Below, in pieces: positions 32,861 through 45,900 of a DNA stretch of 57,841 nucleotides; positions within the stretch are counted from its first letter, which is position 1; each line of letters begins with the position of its first letter. Source of the stretch: Thraustochytrium aureum (Eukaryota); assembly GCA_012862495.1 (NCBI GenBank), contig BLSG01000090.1, positions 62,001 through 119,841 on the forward strand. Reading direction: 5' to 3'. The translations under genes and the position numbers were made by a program. The notes under the pieces are model-generated. The model had not been told where the DNA came from. It ran no database searches and saw only the letters and a program-made list of their open reading frames with translations.

Positions 32861-33934
32861 ATGTGGAACACGCGGACGGCCAGCGGGAAGCTGTCTCTGC
32901 TTGAGACGGAGGAGATCGAGAAGCGGAGGGGCGAGGCGAGGATGCGGGTGAATGGAGTGGCGGCTGCCGTGGCCGGGCTCGCGCTTCTGCTCGTGACGTC
33001 GCTGGCTTGGACGATGGCCGCGGGACCTCGCGAACGCGGCGACGCCGTTGCGACCCAACCGCCGGCAACGCAAACAGCTAGCTACGTGCCGCACCGCGAG
33101 GACTGGCAGATTATCTCAGAGGTGCTCGAGGAGCAGGAGACAAATGTTCACCTGCGCCAGTTCGACCCGCGCGACCTTCAGGAACGCTTCCGCACCGGGC
33201 GGCACCTGATCATCTCCTACTACGAAACCAGGTATAGCAAGGAGCGCGTGCAAGAGCTGCGCTCTGCGATTTTCGAAAACCTGCTCAACCCGCACCTTGC
33301 CAAGGTGCACGTTCTGATCGAGGACGACCTTCCAGAGGCGTTTATCCAGAGCCTTGCCCCAGAGCAGGCGGAGCGCCTCGTCGCCGTGCGCGCAAGGGGC
33401 GGCCAGCCAACGTACGCGATGATGTTTGCCTACGCCAATGTGATTTTGAACAGGGGAGCCGTGGCCATCATCGCCAACACCGACATAATCCTCGGGCCGA
33501 CCCTCGAGTGCGTGCGGCCGGTCACACCAGAAAACAAGATCGTTTTCAATCAGACGGAGCGGCGGCTCGTGCTCGCGCTCTCGCGCCAGCCGTCTGTTTG
33601 CGAGAAAGGCAGCGCGAACGAGCACCACGAATGCCTAAAGTACAGGGGCAGCCACGATGCGTTCGTGTTTGCGCCGCCGCTGTCCACCGCGTTCATCGAC
33701 AAGGTCGACTATGTGCAAAACCTTCTGGGGGCAGAGAACCGGCTGATATACCATTTGCGCGAGGCGATGCACTATCGCGTGGCAAACCCGTGCAACGTCG
33801 TGAGAATCACACACCATCATTGTGCAAAACGAAGCCGCAACGTGCCTGCGGCGCGCTTCGCGCGGAGGGGCGACGGCGCCTACGCCAGTGTCGACCCTCT
33901 CACAAAGTTCAAGTGCGGAGACGTTGTATACTGA
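32861..33934 (+). CDS. Type II membrane protein with a glycosyltransferase (GT-A)-like luminal domain
   Basis: TM VAAAVAGLALLLVTSLAWTMAA; ELRSAIFENLLNPHLAKVHVLIE, AIIANTDI (DxD-like), LALSR, SHDAFVF, GAENRL, ITHHH. Confidence 0.65.
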   Translation: MWNTRTASGKLSLLETEEIEKRRGEARMRVNGVAAAVAGLALLLVTSLAWTMAAGPRERGDAVATQPPATQTASYVPHREDWQIISEVLEEQETNVHLRQFDPRDLQERFRTGRHLIISYYETRYSKERVQELRSAIFENLLNPHLAKVHVLIEDDLPEAFIQSLAPEQAERLVAVRARGGQPTYAMMFAYANVILNRGAVAIIANTDIILGPTLECVRPVTPENKIVFNQTERRLVLALSRQPSVCEKGSANEHHECLKYRGSHDAFVFAPPLSTAFIDKVDYVQNLLGAENRLIYHLREAMHYRVANPCNVVRITHHHCAKRSRNVPAARFARRGDGAYASVDPLTKFKCGDVVY

Positions 33935-34065
33935 ACAGGGCGGGGCGCCTTTGCGGTTCCTCATGCACGAGCGGGCCCGTCCCTGTCGCGTGCGAGGGCA
34001 ACCCGGCTCTGCGCTGAAAGTCGAAATCAAAGCCTGGTTTTCCTTTTTCCCTTTTCTCTCTCCCC

Positions 34066-35914
34066 CTATCCCGCTGGAGCGGTTCCACCGCCTGCGAGCT
34101 TGTACCTGTGGAGCTCCAGGTTGAGATCCTCTATCGTGAAGCCAGGTCGCTCGCCAGAAAAGTGCGGCCAGAAGGTGTCGAGCCGTGTGCGCTCGCTCAA
34201 GGCTCCGCCAAAGTCGATAATCGCTGTCGAGGGCAGCACGATGTACCACTCATTCGAGGCGCATCCTGCGGTCGATAGGTGGGCAGGGACCTTTTCAGAG
34301 GCCATGCCGCCCAAGTTCTCGAAAGCGTCAACCCAATGCGACTTTTCAGCGAGCAAAAACCGCGGAGCGGTGTATGTCTCGTACGTAGCAATACAGATCG
34401 GCTGCGTGTGGTTCTTGAGGACGTCGTGCTCGAGCGCTAGCATGCTTCGCACAAGCCCGCCTTGGTGGAACACACCGTACAAGAGCCCCAGAATCGTGTT
34501 GAACACCATCCAAAAGTGCCGGACCTTGCGGTTCTGTGTCACGGTGTCGGCAGTTAGGACCGCGACGGGGAGAACCAGCGGGAGCAGGAAGCGCGCCTCC
34601 TGGTGCGGCGCCAGAGAAAGAACCAAAAGAGCCAGGGAACCCCACGGCCTTGACCGTCCTCAACAACACGCGGTCGAGCTGGACGGGGACCGCGCCAGTC
34701 ATGAGCGTCCCGATCCAAATGGGCGAGTCAAAAGCTGCATGTTGAGCAAAATGTGCGTGTATCGCGGGTGCAACCCGTGCTGCGCCAGGTTGGCCGGCTG
34801 AAGGTTGTACAGCAGGTTGTTGAGCGGCGCAAGCACGACGTTGGTCGTGCCAATGCGGACGGTGTAGTCTTTGCAAGCTGGGTTTGCGGCTGCGAAAGCA
34901 GAGTCCGCAGCTACATGCCCGGCCGCCCCGAAAATAAAGCCCGCGCTGATCGCGAGCGCCCACGCTGCGAGGTTGCCAATGCGCCCGAGCGACGTGCGGG
35001 CGTGGTCTGCGCGGGAAGCAAGGCGGTTAGTTGAGTCGCGTCGACACCTTGCCGGACCTCAGGCTGGCTTCCGAAGAACAACCCCAGCTCCCGGCTTACC
35101 TTTTTTTCGCTGGCCCTCGCGCCAAAAGCTGTCGATAGCATGGAGCCCGTACAGCAGCACCGGCAGCACAAAAGCTGGAAACGTGATTCGGTTGAACACC
35201 CCAAAGGCGACAGCAATGCCGAGCTTGAACGGGTGCAGGTTGTGAGCAAGGCTAAAACAGAGGATCAGCAGGAACGTTTCAAGCGAGTTGGACAGTGGCC
35301 TTTGCAGCAAAACAATCGACACCCACGACGTCCGATAAACGTAAAACGCGCGCTGGCCAAACATGCGCATGACCAGCCAGTCGAAGACCAGCGAGACAGC
35401 AAACAGCAGGAACCGAGGCGCAAGAAAAACCATATACCCAGACGAGTCCCAGCCGAGCTCCCGCAGGGCCCAAAAGGCGGCCCCCGAGGTCATGTAACTG
35501 CGCACAACAGCAATGCAGGCGAGGGGTCAGGCCCACGTCTTGCGCGACAGTCAGGCGCTCGCACTCTCACCCGCGAAACGTACGGAGACACCACGCTGCG
35601 GTACAGTTTGCCACCAAGCTCGCACGAGTACTCCCACGGAACGTCCGTATCGAACCCCAGCACGTGCTTTGCAATCACCTCGGGCGACTGGAAAAACTCG
35701 TCTTCGGCACGCACCAACCGTCAGCTGGCTTGCCTGCCCGTGAGCGCCACCGCCCGCCGCCAAAGGCCGCGCCAGGGCCCTCGCCAGCGGCCTGCGCGCG
35801 CCAGAGCAAGCCGCTCGCGCGGGGCCGAGCCGGTCGGTCTCACTTACCAGGGTGAACGTAGCCGGGGTCGAAGACCGCGATGAGGCGAAGGATTGTCGCG
35901 ACGTGCAGCTCCAT
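34066..35914 (-). CDS. PIGZ: GPI mannosyltransferase 4 (Smp3/PIG-Z, GT22); introns 35847-35702, 35583-35498, 35099-35007; two frameshifts near 34730 and 34640
   Basis: Splicing gives [94 protein letters not shown]. Confidence 0.9.
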
Positions 35915-36531
35915 CGTCTCGCCGCCCGCCGCGCTGCGCCGCCGCAACGCGCGGCCTACTGGGCCCGAGACTCGCTAGCCCCTTGTGCTCGCAAGCGGCC
36001 CCCCGCGCGTTCGCTGCTCTGGTGAGGCCTGCGCAGCGGTAGAGCACTACCCAACGCGCTCGGGACTGCAAGGCGATACTCTATGAAAGGCAAGCAGGTA
36101 GTCGTCGCCTGAGGAGCAGACATGTTTGTCCTGCCAGCATGCCGCGTCCGGCGGTCCTCGAGTTGCTGGTGGCGAAGACGGACACTGCGAGGCCGCCTGC
36201 GGTTGGTATCCCGTTGTGGATGGGGCCGCTCTTGGAGCGCGGCGGCTTTTCGCCGGCAATTGGCGACGAGTTGCATCAAAAAGGTGGCGTGAACGGGCGT
36301 GCGTGCATTCATTGGTCAGCCCCGCAGTCGCACGATTCATCAAAACCTGGCGTGGCTGTGCCAGTGCGTCGAGCGGTCAGCCCCGCAGTCGCAGGATACA
36401 GTCGAACAAGGAGGTGGGCAGGGAGTACCATCTATGGACGTGGAATTCGCAGGCTTGGCGGCGCTTCTCAACCAGATGACTCGCTGCGCTAGCTAGAGTA
36501 TGTACAGTAGTGATTTTGACTGCTTGCAATC

Positions 36532-39253
36532 CTACGCAAGGTGCTTGCGGTGGTGCTCGAAGCGTGAGAGGACATAGCTGGCGAGGTCCTCCATAAAGTG
36601 GCGGTCGAATTCTTCCAGCAGGACACTCCAGACAAGCAGGCGCTCCCGCGCTCGGGCTCCCTTCTTCACCAGAAAAGCTTCCGCGATCCAAGCGATCGTT
36701 GTCCAGCGCGTAATGTCGCCAAGCTTGAACATGTGCTTCCACTCCCGCACCGTCTCGCGCGCCTGGCTGGCGCTTTCCACCTTTATCTCAAAGGAACGGC
36801 CGGCACGGTGGTAGGTGACAAAGTCTTCCAGGAAAGCGAGCTTGCTCTCGCCGAGGAACTTTTGCAGCAGTTCTTCCACTGCTCATTCTCTCGGCGGACT
36901 AGCTCACGGTGCCCGTGCCGCTCGGCCTGCAGCCTGGCAATNNNNNNNNNNNNNNNNNNNNNNNNNNNNNNNNNNNNNNNNNNNNNNNNNNNNNNNNNNN
37001 NNNNNNNNNNNNNNNNNNNNNNNNNNNNNNNNNNNNNNNNNNNNNNNNNNNNNNNNNNNNNNNNNNNNNNNNNNNNNNNNNNNNNNNNNNNNNNNNNNNN
37101 NNNNNNNNNNNNNNNNNNNNNNNNNNNNNNNNNNNNNNNNNNNNNNNNNNNNNNNNNNNNAAAACTGCTGCATCGTCCCGTGCACGTTGACGGAGATTTC
37201 GTCCGGGTGGTAGAGCTCGGTTTTGCTAAACCCGCTGAGCACTGGGTCGTTCTCTTCGTCAAAAGGCTGAGCGGCGCTCGCCGCAGTGCGGTGCTTGCGC
37301 CGCGAAAGCTCCCACAGGAAGGCCTTTTTCTCCTTCACGGCCTCTTTCTCGTGCTGGAGGCGGAGCTCCTCGCGACGCTCGTGGATCAGGACAAGTCTTC
37401 TCACTTTGATGAGTCGGCGTCGCAGGTTGCTGAGAGTCGCGCTCTGGAACGACTCGTCCATTAGCATGGCGAACCTCGCGCGATCCGACGCTTTGCCACA
37501 TCCCGTTCGAATCATCTCCTCCATAAACGCCTGCCTCGCCTCGGTCGCGGCAAGCCTGCCCTGGTAGCCCCGAAAAATCCGCTGCATGTCGATTGCGCTC
37601 GTCCGCCGAGTGACCCACGTCTCAAACCTTGCCAGCAGCTCCTTCGTGCGCGAGCCTTGGATCATCCGACGCATGATCACCAGCTGGCGCACAAGCGACT
37701 TCCACGAGAGGAATCGTGCTCGCAGCTGGTTGCCGAGGCTCTTCGCCAGTTTGCGCCGAACGACGCGCCGCTGTCGAAGCTTGCGTCGGAATACGTCGCG
37801 AGCAAACCGAGCGCGGGCCATGTTTTGAATTACCATTGCAGCGTCCCGCATCTCGCGCCTCCTCGCAGCTTCCAGCCGGCCGAGGAAGCCGCGGCCTATC
37901 CGCTCGATCTTGACGGCGCACTCCAAGCGCCGGTCCACCGCGGATCGCTTTGCCCACGCACGCCATGCCTTCAGACAGTCCACCAACAAGTGTCTACCGC
38001 TGCGTCGCGAGAGCGTCTTGACGTGGCGCTGCACGCGAGTGTGCCTGCGCCAAGCCACAAAGGTCCGCGCAACAGTGTTTCCGGCGAGGCGGCCCAGAGA
38101 TTGCAGGACGACCTGCTCTTGGTGCTGGAGGCGACGCTTGGCGAGCTTGCACAACAGCTTGGCGAGAACCGCGCGTCCGAAGTTTTGCACTTTGATTGCC
38201 GCTGCTAGCTGCCGCCGCCTTCGCTTTGCTTCCAAGCGGGCCAGCCATCCGCGAATATAGGCTTGCACAACGACCGAGCCGACCATGCGCTCAAGCTTGG
38301 CATCCGCAACGGCCTGCTTCCAGGCTCTGCAGGCAAGCGCAATTCTGCTCGTTGAGGTCATACCTGCGAGAAGGCGCAGCTTTCGAAGAAAAACGACGTT
38401 GTCGTGCCACGTCTCGAGAGCTCGACCCACCGCTCGGTTTCGCATGCGGGCCAACGAGCGCGCCACGAGCTCGTTGTTGCGCCGCTTCCTCTCTTTCTCG
38501 GCTCGCTCCTGTGCGTCTTCGAGGTGCTTCTGCCGCAGGTCCTCCATGGCCTTGACATGGATTTCGTCGAGACGCTTGCGATGCTTGCGATAGGCGCGCA
38601 CCGACCGCAAAAAGTCCGACTTTGACTTGGACGCAAACGGCAGCAGCGACTCTAGCTGCGTCGGAGGCGGAAGGTACAAGGCTTCCTCGCGCACCAAGTC
38701 CGCTTCCGAGTAGTCGTCCTCTGAGTCGTTGCCGGGCGCGCCTCCCTCAGCCTCCTGCTCCTCCTCCTCTTCGTCGTCGTCGTCGTCTGAGAGCAGCCGG
38801 CTTTGCGTTGACAATGGCGCGAGCTGAGCAGGTTTGAACATGTTGGAATACCCGTCCCGCTTGCGTTTGGCGCGCTTCCTCGCTATTCTCGCCTCACGCC
38901 TGGCGCGCTCTGCGGCCTGCTCGCGCTCAGCGGCCTCTTCGAGGGCCTTGCGCTCTGCGGCGAGGCGCTCGCACTCGGCGCATGGCAACCTGGGCGACCG
39001 CGCAGGGCGGCGCCGGAGCTTCTCCCGAGTCCGAGCGCGTCCTCTGTCGTGCACCGCAAGCACCTCAAGCTCAGGTCGCCCCCCAGCCTCGGCGCTCTGT
39101 ACAGGTCAAGAACTTGGCCTTGCCGGTAGTCAAATAATGTTCCCAAGTCCGCATGCTCCGCACCTCGCTGCCGCACCCGCACGCCGAGCCCTACCAGCGG
39201 ACCTGCAGGCTTCGCGCGCGCCCCGCCGCACGCGTGTTCTCCAGCCCCGCCAT
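36532..39253 (-). CDS. IQ-motif / Sfi1-like repeat coiled-coil protein (putative calmodulin/centrin binding); gap and frameshifts, boundaries approximate
   Basis: IQ motifs VQAYIRGWLAR, VQNFGRAVLAK, IERIGRGFLGR, IQNMARARFAR, MQRIFRGYQGR alternate with Sfi1-like units (RALETWH, ACRAWK, RTFVAWRR, CLKAWRAW, RFLSWK, RFETW). Confidence 0.65.
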
Positions 39254-39978
39254 TGCCCTCGCAGCGGCCGCCGCCGCAGCTGCAGCGGCGGCGACGCTTT
39301 GCGGGTCACGGGCATGGCCGCAGCCGCGCCGTCGCGCAGACCTCGCCATCCACCTTGGGNNNNNNNNNNNNNNNNNNNNNNNNNNNNNNNNNNNNNNNNN
39401 NNNNNNNNNNNNNNNNNNNNNNNNNNNNNNNNNNNNNNNNNNNNNNNNNNNNNNNNNNNNNNNNNNNNNNNNNNNNNNNNNNNNNNNNNNNNNNNNNNNN
39501 NNNNNNNNNNNNNNNNNNNNNNNNNNNNNNNNNNNNNNNNNNNNNNNNNNNNNNNNNNNNNNNNNNNNNNNNNNNNNNNNNNNNNNNNNNNNNNNNNNNN
39601 NNNNNNNNNNNNNNNNNNNNNNNNNNNNNNNNNNNNNNNNNNNNNNNNNNNNNNNNNNNNNNNNNNNNNNNNNNNNAACGCCGCCGCGGAGCTCGGTCCT
39701 GTTCTGCTTGGTTTTGTGGGGCCGGTGTGACCGTTGAGTCGTGGTTGAGCCCAATTGCAGCAGACCTCGAACGAACGGCAGTCGGGCAGCGGGCCTCCAA
39801 CACGCGGCAGTCGCGCGGCAGCTGCAGGCCCTGAACGCGCGGCAGTCGTGGCTGCAGACCTCGAACGCGCGGCAAGCTCGGAGAGTAAGTGCTTCACGCA
39901 CGTTCAAGCGCGACACGGCGTGACAGCTTGGGCTTGGGGCTTGTTGGCTGCTCCTCCCCGAGGCGAGCCAGAGCGGGA

Positions 39979-42900
39979 ATGGAGACCGAGCTGCACAACA
40001 GGCTTGTCAGGCTCTGCGGGCTTCACGAAGTTGCGAAGGAGAACCCGGCGGAGGAAAAGAGCAGCGACGCTGTTGAAGAAGACGGGCTGGACAACGCAGA
40101 GGCGCGGGAACTGGCCCAGCGCAAGGAACTCGATGCGTGTGTTGAGGCGCTTGATGCGCTAGAAGAGTCCCCAACAACTTGCAAACGCGTCCTCTGCGAG
40201 CTCCAGGTTTTGCTCGGGGAAGCTGCTCTCAAGCTCGAAAACCTCGTCGCGGCTCGTCGCGCATGCGAGTCGTTCTTTTTGCACGCCATCGCCAAGGACC
40301 AATTCTATTGCCGAGCTTTGTTCTGTCGGGCGGCTCTCCTGTCAGCCGAGGCAAAGCAAGCGAGGGAAAGCAATGCAGTATCTATCACAATCCGCGCGAT
40401 CACGCAAGTCCTTCGAGCCGTCGAAATCGCCCTGCACCCAGACAACCGACCTGGCTATGACTTTCTCGTCTACAACGCAAGCGTGCAGTTCTGGCAAGCC
40501 GCTCGGCCGCTGCTTCGGGACGGGCTCCGCAGCAAGGCGACCGCCTCGCTCCTGAAAATCACAAGCGCTCTCGAAACGACTGCGGACAAGGACCTTGAGT
40601 GGCGTGCCCGTCTGAACATGGCCCTCGCGCTCGCCCAAGAGGAGTCGGGCGAAGGCGCTGCGGCGCAGGCCACGATCAAGCGCGCAATTAGCTTGCTTGA
40701 GGAGAGAGCCCAGGCCCTTGCTCAAGACGGGGCAGCAAGCGCTGTCCAGGGCCCAGTTCGCGCGCTGCTTGCGGAAGCTCAGCTTCTTTCAACGCATTTC
40801 AGTCAACAAGCCGGGCTCGCTGCGGCGAAGGCCGCCCGCGCAAACGGCGACGTTGGGGCTACTCTGCAATGCGTGAGGTCCGGCATTGTGCCGGGCGGAC
40901 GCGAGGGCATCTCCAAGGAGCTGGAGGAGGCCTTCCTCGTCGTCTCGGCCGCTCGAGACTGGACTGACCCAAGCGAGCCACTAGGAGAGGATGGCGCACC
41001 CAAACCGCCTCCTAGTTCTGGCCAGCCTCGGCCCGGGCTTGTTGGGCACGCCGCAGGCGTCGGCGAGCTTGCACTCCTGCACGGGCTATCAAGCCTCGCC
41101 ACGCGGTGCCTTCGCTTTGCAGTGTACGCTCCTGCGAGTAGGAGGACGGCGGCTGAAGAGGTGGCGCTTGACATTTTTCGAGCAGAATGGCTCGCAGAGT
41201 GCGAGGAATCCTCGTTCGACCTCTTCAACGGGAGAAAGGAATGCCTCAGCGACCAAGAGAAATTCAACCAAGGCGGCGTCAAGGGCAGCCCCGCGGAACA
41301 GGCCAAGCAAAAGGACGCTCTGCTCCTAGCGAAGCGCATTCAGGCGTTGAAGACGATTGAGAGGGCCGTGGTGACCTCCTCGCGGCTGGAGGCAAACAAC
41401 GCCCTTGAGCGAGCCTGCCTCGCTGCCTGGAACATTGGCCTCCCGCTTTTGCAGCCACAGTTGCGCAAGCACGTGCACAAGACGTTTCAGACGGCTGTGC
41501 AGGCACTAGAAGCGATCGACTCCCCGATGGTCCGGCTGCGAGCCCATCTCCACTGCGAAGTTGCCAAGTGCGAGGTTGCCGCTGACTTTCTGACCAAGGC
41601 AAGCGCGCACGTGGAGAAAGCTCTCGCCTTGGACGCGGCCTCGGCGGAGGAGAAAGCGAGCAATGCCGAACCCGCGCTCCACAAGTTTCTCAAGCCGCTC
41701 CAAGCAAAGCTTCGGCTCAAGTCGAATGTTTATCACGAGCCAGAGTCGAGCCTCGAGCAGGCCACGCTTCAGGTCGAGCAAGCCAAAGATGCGCGAGAGA
41801 TGCACCTCAAACTCGCCCTTTTGACGCGAGCAACCAATCTTCTTCGGGAAGTGGCTGAGGATGACGAGACGGAAAGCGCCCCTCAGCAAACTGATGCGAT
41901 GGGCGAGGATCGCCTTGCCGTGGACGGCAATTTGCTCGCGAGACTGCAGCTGTGGGCAGAGATCGCCAAGCTCGCCTGGGCCGAAAAAGTCTTGGACCTC
42001 ACCTGCGCCGCGCTTGAGGAAGCGCTCAGACTTGCCGAACCTCTCTGCGTGCAAGAGGCTGTGGAGCGCATCGGCCGCCGCGAGTGGGAGCAGGTTCAGC
42101 GCTTGTGCGCTGAAATGCGCTTTACGCTCGCCGAGACGTTCGCAGAGCGAATTGAGCGCTCCAAGGTNNNNNNNNNNNNNNNNNNNNNNNNNNNNNNNNN
42201 NNNNNNNNNNNNNNNNNNNNNNNNNNNNNNNNNNNNNNNNNNNNNNNNNNNNNNNNNNNNNNNNNNNNNNNNNNNNNNNNNNNNNNNNNNNNNNNNNNNN
42301 NNNNNNNNNNNNNNNNNNNNNNNNNNNNGGCTCTCGGGCTGCGCGTTCCGCTGGCAAGAAGCACTGCCGAGGCTCTACAAGACGGGAGCTTGGCAGAGGC
42401 TAGCCCGGACCAGGCGTCGCATTTGGATGCGCATGGCAACGTGATCGAAATCTCCGAGCTGGACACTCTGCTGTGGGACTGGCCGGAGCCTGCCTTTGAC
42501 AATCGCCTCAAAGTGTGGAAAGAGCAAGTATGCATGCACGTTCTTGCGGCCTTGCACATCGGCGAAGTGCTAAAGGAGACTTGGATCGTGGAGAATGCCG
42601 CAACGTACGTGTGGAACTACCACCTGCACCTCCTCAGCGGCCCTCTGCAGCGCTTTCGGTTCGCTACCCGCTCGCTTGTAGTGGCGCTGATGCGCTCGCA
42701 GCGCGCTCTGGCGGCACTAGATTCCGCGCAGCGCGACACGGCTCTCCTCGCTGCGGTCTGCTGCGCATGTGCGCAAGCGCTCGAGGCAGCCGCATCGGTG
42801 CAGGAGAGCGGCGCTGTTGAGGAGGCGGGGGAGGGCGTCGAGAGCGCCGAGGTGGAGCTTGGAATTGCTAGCGCGGCCGAAAAACTCAGCGCGAGCGTCG

Positions 42901-45900
42901 AGGCAAGCCAGTTCGCTGTCAAGAATGCGCCGCTTGCCGTCGCAAAGGAAGCGCTCGCAACTTTGCATCGCGTGCAACGAAAGCGCAAGTCGGCCGAACC
43001 GCTCCCTGCAGATGCTCTCGCGGCCGGATTCGCGGCTGTAGAGCTCTTGAGGCTAGACGGCGACCTCGTCCCACCAAATGAAAAAGCGCAGCTTCTCCAG
43101 ACCGCGGTGGAGAAACTCAGCGTCGACTCCCGAGCTGCGCTGGAGTCACCAGACTCGGCGCTGATCGCTATGGAGCTCTGGGCGCGTCTAGCGTGTCAAT
43201 CGTTCGAGCTGGGAAGTACCTCCGTCGCCAAGCAGTGCGCAGAGACGGTATTGACGGTTCTCCCTGCCCCGTTGCGTCGGGGATCAGCCGCAGACGTGGC
43301 TCTTGTCAGCAAAGAAGCGGTCGAATTCACACAAAGGAACGTTTCAGAGTCGCAGTGGCGGTGGTTTTCGATGGCCGAGTGCGTTCTGGGCCGCGTGGCC
43401 GCTGAGCAGGGCATCCAAGCAGTGCACGACAAGACCACTCAAGATTCTTTTCGCCTCGAGGCCCTTCGCCGGTTTAGTGCTGCGGGCGAGTTTGGTCGGC
43501 GGTCCAAAACGGCTCGCCTTGTCCTGGACGCTGGACGCGAGCTCTGGAACGTCGCCGTGCACTTGCTCGGTTCAAAGGCGTCCCGAGCGATGTTGTTTGT
43601 GCCGCTGGACACTGTCTTGACACAACTTTCGCAGGCAGCAGGGCGAGAGGACACCGAGTTGCTTCTCAACTTGTTCTGCGCGCTCTTCGAGTGCCAGAAA
43701 GATCGCGAGGACTGGGCAGGGGGGCTCGCGACGGTGAACCGCGCGTTCAAGGTGATTCCGCAAGCGCTGCAAAAGCGGCTCTGGGAGGCACTGGTTGTCT
43801 TCAGCTCCAAGCTGAACAAGGACGTGGCTGCTGGGCTCCACAAGATGAAGGAAGGCAACAGCTCCCTACAGGCCAAGGCGTGGGTGACGCTGGCTAGGTC
43901 TGCGGCGAGTCGCGAGGAGCAAATGCGCGCATACGTGCATGCCATCGAGCTTCTCAAGGACTCGTTTGAGCGCGTCGACTATATGATCGAGTTTGCCGAG
44001 TGGCTGCACGCCAACCACTTTCCGCGCGACGACGTCACGCAATGCCTCGTAGCCGCCGCTGACCTTATTTTGGATGTGGCCCATGCAGAAACGCGCCAAG
44101 AGCAGGCGCTGGCCGAGCAGAGCTTCCCTGGGCGAAGCGGAGCAGTCTCGCCGTCTCCTTAAAGTCGATGTCGTCCAAACGGTCGCTGCGCGGAGCCCTC
44201 GGACCGTCGAGCTCCACCCAAGCGCGAGAACTCGGCGATCCGTGCGTGGACGCGCCGAAAAGTATGACGCTTGCCCTGGCCCTCAAGGTTGTCCAGATTT
44301 TTACCATGCTCGCGCGCTCGGTGAGCCACTCTCAAATCCGGTCTGACATGAGCCAACTCGCGCACGAACACCTTCGAATGGCGTGGGAGCGATTCGTGAT
44401 GCCGCACGTCACATCAGCAACGGCGGGCGCCGGGGAGGCTGACCGCGGGGGCGACCCTAGCTTTCTCGAGAGAATTCTGGCCGCAGCGAGCTTGGACAGC
44501 CTCTGCAACGAGGCGGATCTCGTCGCGTCTGCCTCAGCAGTGGAGCGCCGTCCCCTCTTGCTGCACTACATGGTCGAGTTGAGCGATCTGCTGCAAGAGG
44601 GGGGGCAGCACGTGCAATCTGTCACCAGCCTCGCCATGGCGGAGTTGCTTTGCATGCTGACTAGAGATCGTGGGTTTCGAACGTTTGTGCAGCTGAAAAC
44701 GCTGCGCATTCTGTCGGCACTAAACCTTGGCGCGCTCGCAAAGAGTCGGCTCGCCCAACTGCGCCTTGAGCTCGACGAGGACGAGCGCAGACAACATGCA
44801 ATCGAGGTTGACCAGATCCTTGACCAGCGCTGTAGAGATGCGGAGGAATTGGGCGTCGACGGACAGCAACCGCCGCAGCCACCTCTTGTCTCGGGCGGCG
44901 AGAGCTCCAGTTCGGCATTCAGCAAGGCCACCAAGCGCAAGGTGCTGGAAAAGCTAAAGGTCCGGGAGGTCTGGTCCCTCACCGCCGTCGAGATGACCGC
45001 GCTTGGATTTGTCTTTGAGGCAAAGCAGCTTTTGCAAGAAGTGCGCAAGCACAACGAGGCGTACGAGGACCACGAGAATGCGTCCCGGTCCTGCTTCGCT
45101 GAAGCGCAAATCGCGATCATGGAGGGCCGCGACGAGATTGCGCTCGGGTTTGCGCTGGAAGGTATGCGCGCGCTGCGCGCGTGCGGCGGTGGAAACGTCG
45201 TCGACTGGGTCCGCAGCCTGCGCGTGCTCAGCGACTGCTTGCACCAACTCGGGCGCTCGTTTGAGTTGCGGTCGATCCTGCTGGAGGCGATGGACGTGTT
45301 CTCTGCCAAGCTGGTCGCGCAAGGCTCCCTCAAAGACTTGGACCTCGAGGTTGCCGCTAGCTGCACAGAGACTCTGCTCGCGCAAAACGTGTTTGAAGAA
45401 GTGAAACGCCGCCTCGCGGGCGGCGGGTTTTGGGAAACGGAATGGCGACTCTGCCAGGAGCGCTTGCGAAACGCGCAAGATAGAGTCCTGATTGCAACAA
45501 AGCCCAAGTGCGCCTCGATGGCGGCAGTTGGGATACTCGTGCAGAACTGCGAGGTCTGGCGTGAGGTTTATGCGTTGCAGGGCATGAACATGCGCGAACG
45601 GGCGTTTTCCCACCTGATGGACGGGCTTCGTCGCGCCTCGCTCTGTGCAGAAGGCATGCTGCAAATGGTTTTGCGAGCAAACCAAGAGCTTGCACCAGCC
45701 GGCGAAGCGCTGAGTTTGCCTTTGCAGCGTGCGATGGGGGAAATCCAGCTCGCGCTTGGAGACGCGGATTTGCTACACGAGTCACAGCGCCACCCGCTGC
45801 TCTCTGCAGAGCAAGTGGAGGCGCAGGCAGTGCGCGCTCAGGAGCTCAACCCGATTGACTCTTGGTTAAACGCTACGGCCCCGTCCCGGGAGCCCACGAT

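Noticed and set aside
39757..39876. Short repeats as a possible CRISPR array (also 22037-22144, 31261-31298)
   Set aside because: Tandem or degenerate units without unique spacers, no cas genes, eukaryotic context
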